Assembly: GCA_036493235.1 (NCBI GenBank)
Contig: DASXQC010000192.1
Coordinates: 332 to 64,331 of the forward strand
Length of the DNA stretch: 64,000 nt
Source: Reyranella sp.
Lineage (GTDB): Bacteria; Pseudomonadota; Alphaproteobacteria; Reyranellales; Reyranellaceae
Direction of reading: 5' to 3'
This document shows, piece after piece, positions 61,670-64,000 of this stretch. Position 1 is the first letter of the stretch, and each line of letters starts with the position of its first letter. Below the pieces are notes generated by a model, which saw only the letters and a list, made by a program, of their open reading frames with translations, had not been told where the DNA came from and made no database searches. The position numbers and the translations under genes were made by a program.

Positions 61670-62832
61670 GGCCTTACGCCCTTTCCATCGGTTGCCCGCC
61701 GCAGCGCGGCGGCAGCGTCGATAATACCTTCTGCCGTCCGACTCGGCGAATAGACGGCCATTTTCTCGGAAATTGCCACGTGGCGACGGGCCGGATCGAT
61801 CGCCAGGGCACGCTCGATGGCGTGCGCGAAGCTTGCGGTATCGCCCAGCCGAAATATGGCGCCCGTCGAACCCTCCTCGACCAGGTCGGGACCGCAGCCG
61901 ACGGCATCCGAGACGACCGCCGGCAGCCCGCAGGCCATCGCCTCGTTCACGACCAGCCCCCAGGTCTCGACAGAGGGAGAGACGATCAAGTTGGCCGCGG
62001 CATAGACCGCCGGCAATTCGCTCTGATTGACGAAGCCATGGAACATGGTCGGCACACCGGCCGCCGCAGCGGCTTGCCTCAGCCTGCCCTCCGCCTCGCC
62101 TGCGCCAGCAAAAGCAACCTCGACCCGCCGGCCCTGAACCTTGGCCGCGGCCTCCAGCAGATCGAACGGCCGCTTGCTATCGACAAGCTTGCCGACGAAC
62201 AGCAGGCGCGCCGGCTCGCTCGGATCGCGCGGCAGCTTCGCACGGGCAGCTTCACTGCCGCTGCGGAAGGCCTCGTTATCAATGCAGTGCGGCGAGAAGA
62301 ACAGCCGGTCCGGCCGCACGCCGTAGTGCTGCAGATATTCCCGATTGCGCTGGCCGACATAGAGGAAGCCGTCGAAGCGCCGCAGGAACAGGGGGAATAC
62401 CGCCGCCTTGGCCATGCGCAGCGCGCCGCCGCGCTGGCTGGCGAGTTGGGAGTCACCCCGCACCAATACCGGCAGCCGCGCGCGGCGACAGGCACGCACC
62501 GCCTGCAGATAGGACTTCAGTCCCCAGCCCGGTACGAGGAAGGCATCGAAGCTGCCCTTCTCGATGTCCTGCACAATGTCCGGCGTATCGCAGCCGGCGA
62601 ACAGGTCGGTCGAGGGTTGGCGCGAAACGTTGGTGAGGGTGCGGCTCTCGTAGCCCGACAGCAGGTCAACGTCCCACTGGAAGGTGACGCCGTAGCCGGC
62701 CTTGGCCTGACCCTCGGCCGTCTGGCGGTGGGCGAAGAAGACCGTGAGATCGCAGCGCTCGGCGAGCGCGCGGAAGATCGGCGCGTAGTACTGGATCGGA
62801 TGGCTGACCAGGAAGCCGATGCGCAGGCTCAT
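61666..62832 (-). CDS. GT4 glycosyltransferase
   Basis: SHPIQY, LFVGKL..KRP, GFVNQSEL and ETWGLVVNEAMACGLP; start at the ATGA overlap at 62829-62832. Confidence 0.9.
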   Translation of the reverse strand: MSLRIGFLVSHPIQYYAPIFRALAERCDLTVFFAHRQTAEGQAKAGYGVTFQWDVDLLSGYESRTLTNVSRQPSTDLFAGCDTPDIVQDIEKGSFDAFLVPGWGLKSYLQAVRACRRARLPVLVRGDSQLASQRGGALRMAKAAVFPLFLRRFDGFLYVGQRNREYLQHYGVRPDRLFFSPHCIDNEAFRSGSEAARAKLPRDPSEPARLLFVGKLVDSKRPFDLLEAAAKVQGRRVEVAFAGAGEAEGRLRQAAAAAGVPTMFHGFVNQSELPAVYAAANLIVSPSVETWGLVVNEAMACGLPAVVSDAVGCGPDLVEEGSTGAIFRLGDTASFAHAIERALAIDPARRHVAISEKMAVYSPSRTAEGIIDAAAALRRATDGKGVRP

Positions 62833-64000
62833 GCCGCCCTCACCGCACTGGTTTGGTCGAGCGCCCGGTCGAGCGCCTCGGCCAATACCTTGGTCGAGGC
62901 GCGAGCCGAGAGCGAATCGAAAGCCGAGCTGTCGACCGCGTTCGCATCGTAGGCTGGCGCGGCGACCAGCGCCTGCAGCGCGTCGGCGACCGCGGCGGGA
63001 CCGGGCAACGCCTGCTCGGTGAGAGGCAGCACCTTCCCAGCCCTCGCCTGGTCGACCATGCCGATCGCTGTGCTCTCGGCATGCAGCATGGCGAAGACCG
63101 GCCGCTTGGACAGGATCGCCTGGAACACCTTCGACGGCGTGTAGTGACGCTCGGTCGAGCCCAGCACCAGAACGGCGCCGCACCGTGCGAGGTGATTGAG
63201 CGTATCGACATAGCCGATGCGATTCGGATGCTCGTCGACCATGTCCTCGACACCGGCGGCCCGGACACGCGGCAGGACCTGATGCCCGCTCGGATCGTCT
63301 GGCGAGGAGCCGGTGCCGACGAAATGCACCCTGAGGCGCGACGCCGTGGCGGGCGACCGCTCGCGAAGCGCCCGCAGGCCAGCGAGGAAGGCCTCGAGCA
63401 CGACGATGCCGGCGGGCAGCAGCGCGCCGGCATAGATCATGTGGAAGTGGCCGTCGTCTGGATCGAACAGGAACGGTGCACGATGCATGGTGCGCACCAG
63501 CTCGTAGTCCTCCGGCGCGCTGCCCATCGGCATGGTGGCGATGACGGCTTGCTTGGCCACATCGGGATTGCGCTCGAGCACGCCGGCGAGATAGCCGGGC
63601 GCCATGCCGGTGATCAGCGCGGCATTGTGGACCGACCACGGCTCGAGCCAGGTCGCGAGCTTGTAGGACCACCAGGCACGCGAATATTTGCGGTCGACGC
63701 CGGACCACCACGCCACCCACGGGTCCTGGTAGTCGATGCCGAAGGGCACGTCGAAACGGCCGTGCATCAGCCGACCGAGCGGTGCCAGGAAATTCGACGG
63801 GATGGTCACCAGCACGAAATCCGCGCGCCGCTGGCGCACGAGGTCGGCAACAGTCCGGTAGCAGCCCCAGAAGGACCTTATGCCAATGTCGCCGACCAGC
63901 CGGACCGGCCGCACCGGCAGGGTCGCGGATTGCACGACCTCGAGGCCCGGTGCGACCAGCCGCTCGAGATCGGGATCAAGTCGCTCCTCGTAGCGCCGTG
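62829..64000 (-). CDS. GT4-like glycosyltransferase, 5' end outside the window
   Basis: Frame is open to the window edge (RRYEERLDPDL..); IDYQDPW, YAGA and YTPSKVFQ motifs. Confidence 0.75.
   Translation of the reverse strand, partial: RRYEERLDPDLERLVAPGLEVVQSATLPVRPVRLVGDIGIRSFWGCYRTVADLVRQRRADFVLVTIPSNFLAPLGRLMHGRFDVPFGIDYQDPWVAWWSGVDRKYSRAWWSYKLATWLEPWSVHNAALITGMAPGYLAGVLERNPDVAKQAVIATMPMGSAPEDYELVRTMHRAPFLFDPDDGHFHMIYAGALLPAGIVVLEAFLAGLRALRERSPATASRLRVHFVGTGSSPDDPSGHQVLPRVRAAGVEDMVDEHPNRIGYVDTLNHLARCGAVLVLGSTERHYTPSKVFQAILSKRPVFAMLHAESTAIGMVDQARAGKVLPLTEQALPGPAAVADALQALVAAPAYDANAVDSSAFDSLSARASTKVLAEALDRALDQTSAVRAA

Noticed and set aside
1-64000. Mobile elements, tRNA/rRNA and anti-phage defence genes
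   Set aside because: No transposase, integrase, terminal repeats, tRNA cloverleaf or defence-gene motifs were recognised by eye

Overview
GC-rich (roughly 65%, estimated by eye) alphaproteobacterial window; the OmpA and secreted-protein style suggest a Reyranella-like organism (inference). It is almost entirely cell-envelope glycan and lipid biosynthesis, in four blocks. (1) 67-28183: a Wzx/Wzy-type surface-polysaccharide locus. It has a non-canonical pseudaminic-acid pathway (pseB, pseC, pseI, a class-III aminotransferase and an aldo-keto-reductase/SpsF cytidylyltransferase fusion, with no recognisable pseG or pseH), a KpsS-like transferase, a DprE1-like/SDR/GT-C/GT2 lipid-linked-sugar module, an FkbH-VOC-ACP-acyltransferase module, several acyl- and methyltransferases, a deacetylase, an initiating phosphoglycosyltransferase and a CapD/PglF-type dehydratase. 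(2) 28540-40350: ompA, divergent from a tightly coupled four-gene operon of reducing type I PKS (RkpA/WcbR-like), alpha-oxoamine synthase, SDR and CDP-alcohol phosphotransferase. This reads like a PKS-fed sphingolipid-like phospholipid pathway and is the best candidate for an undescribed system. (3) 41440-48029: an EPS export operon of secreted G-x-G-P-L-Q hexapeptide-repeat/Pro-rich protein, OM beta-barrel, Wza, Wzc and metallophosphoesterase. (4) 48219-64000: a glycosyltransferase cluster with Wzm/Wzt, a Wzy-like and a GT-C-like membrane protein and an inverted PIG-L deacetylase, running off the window. No rRNA, tRNA, CRISPR array or transposase was recognised. All calls come from motif recognition and gene context, with no database searches.
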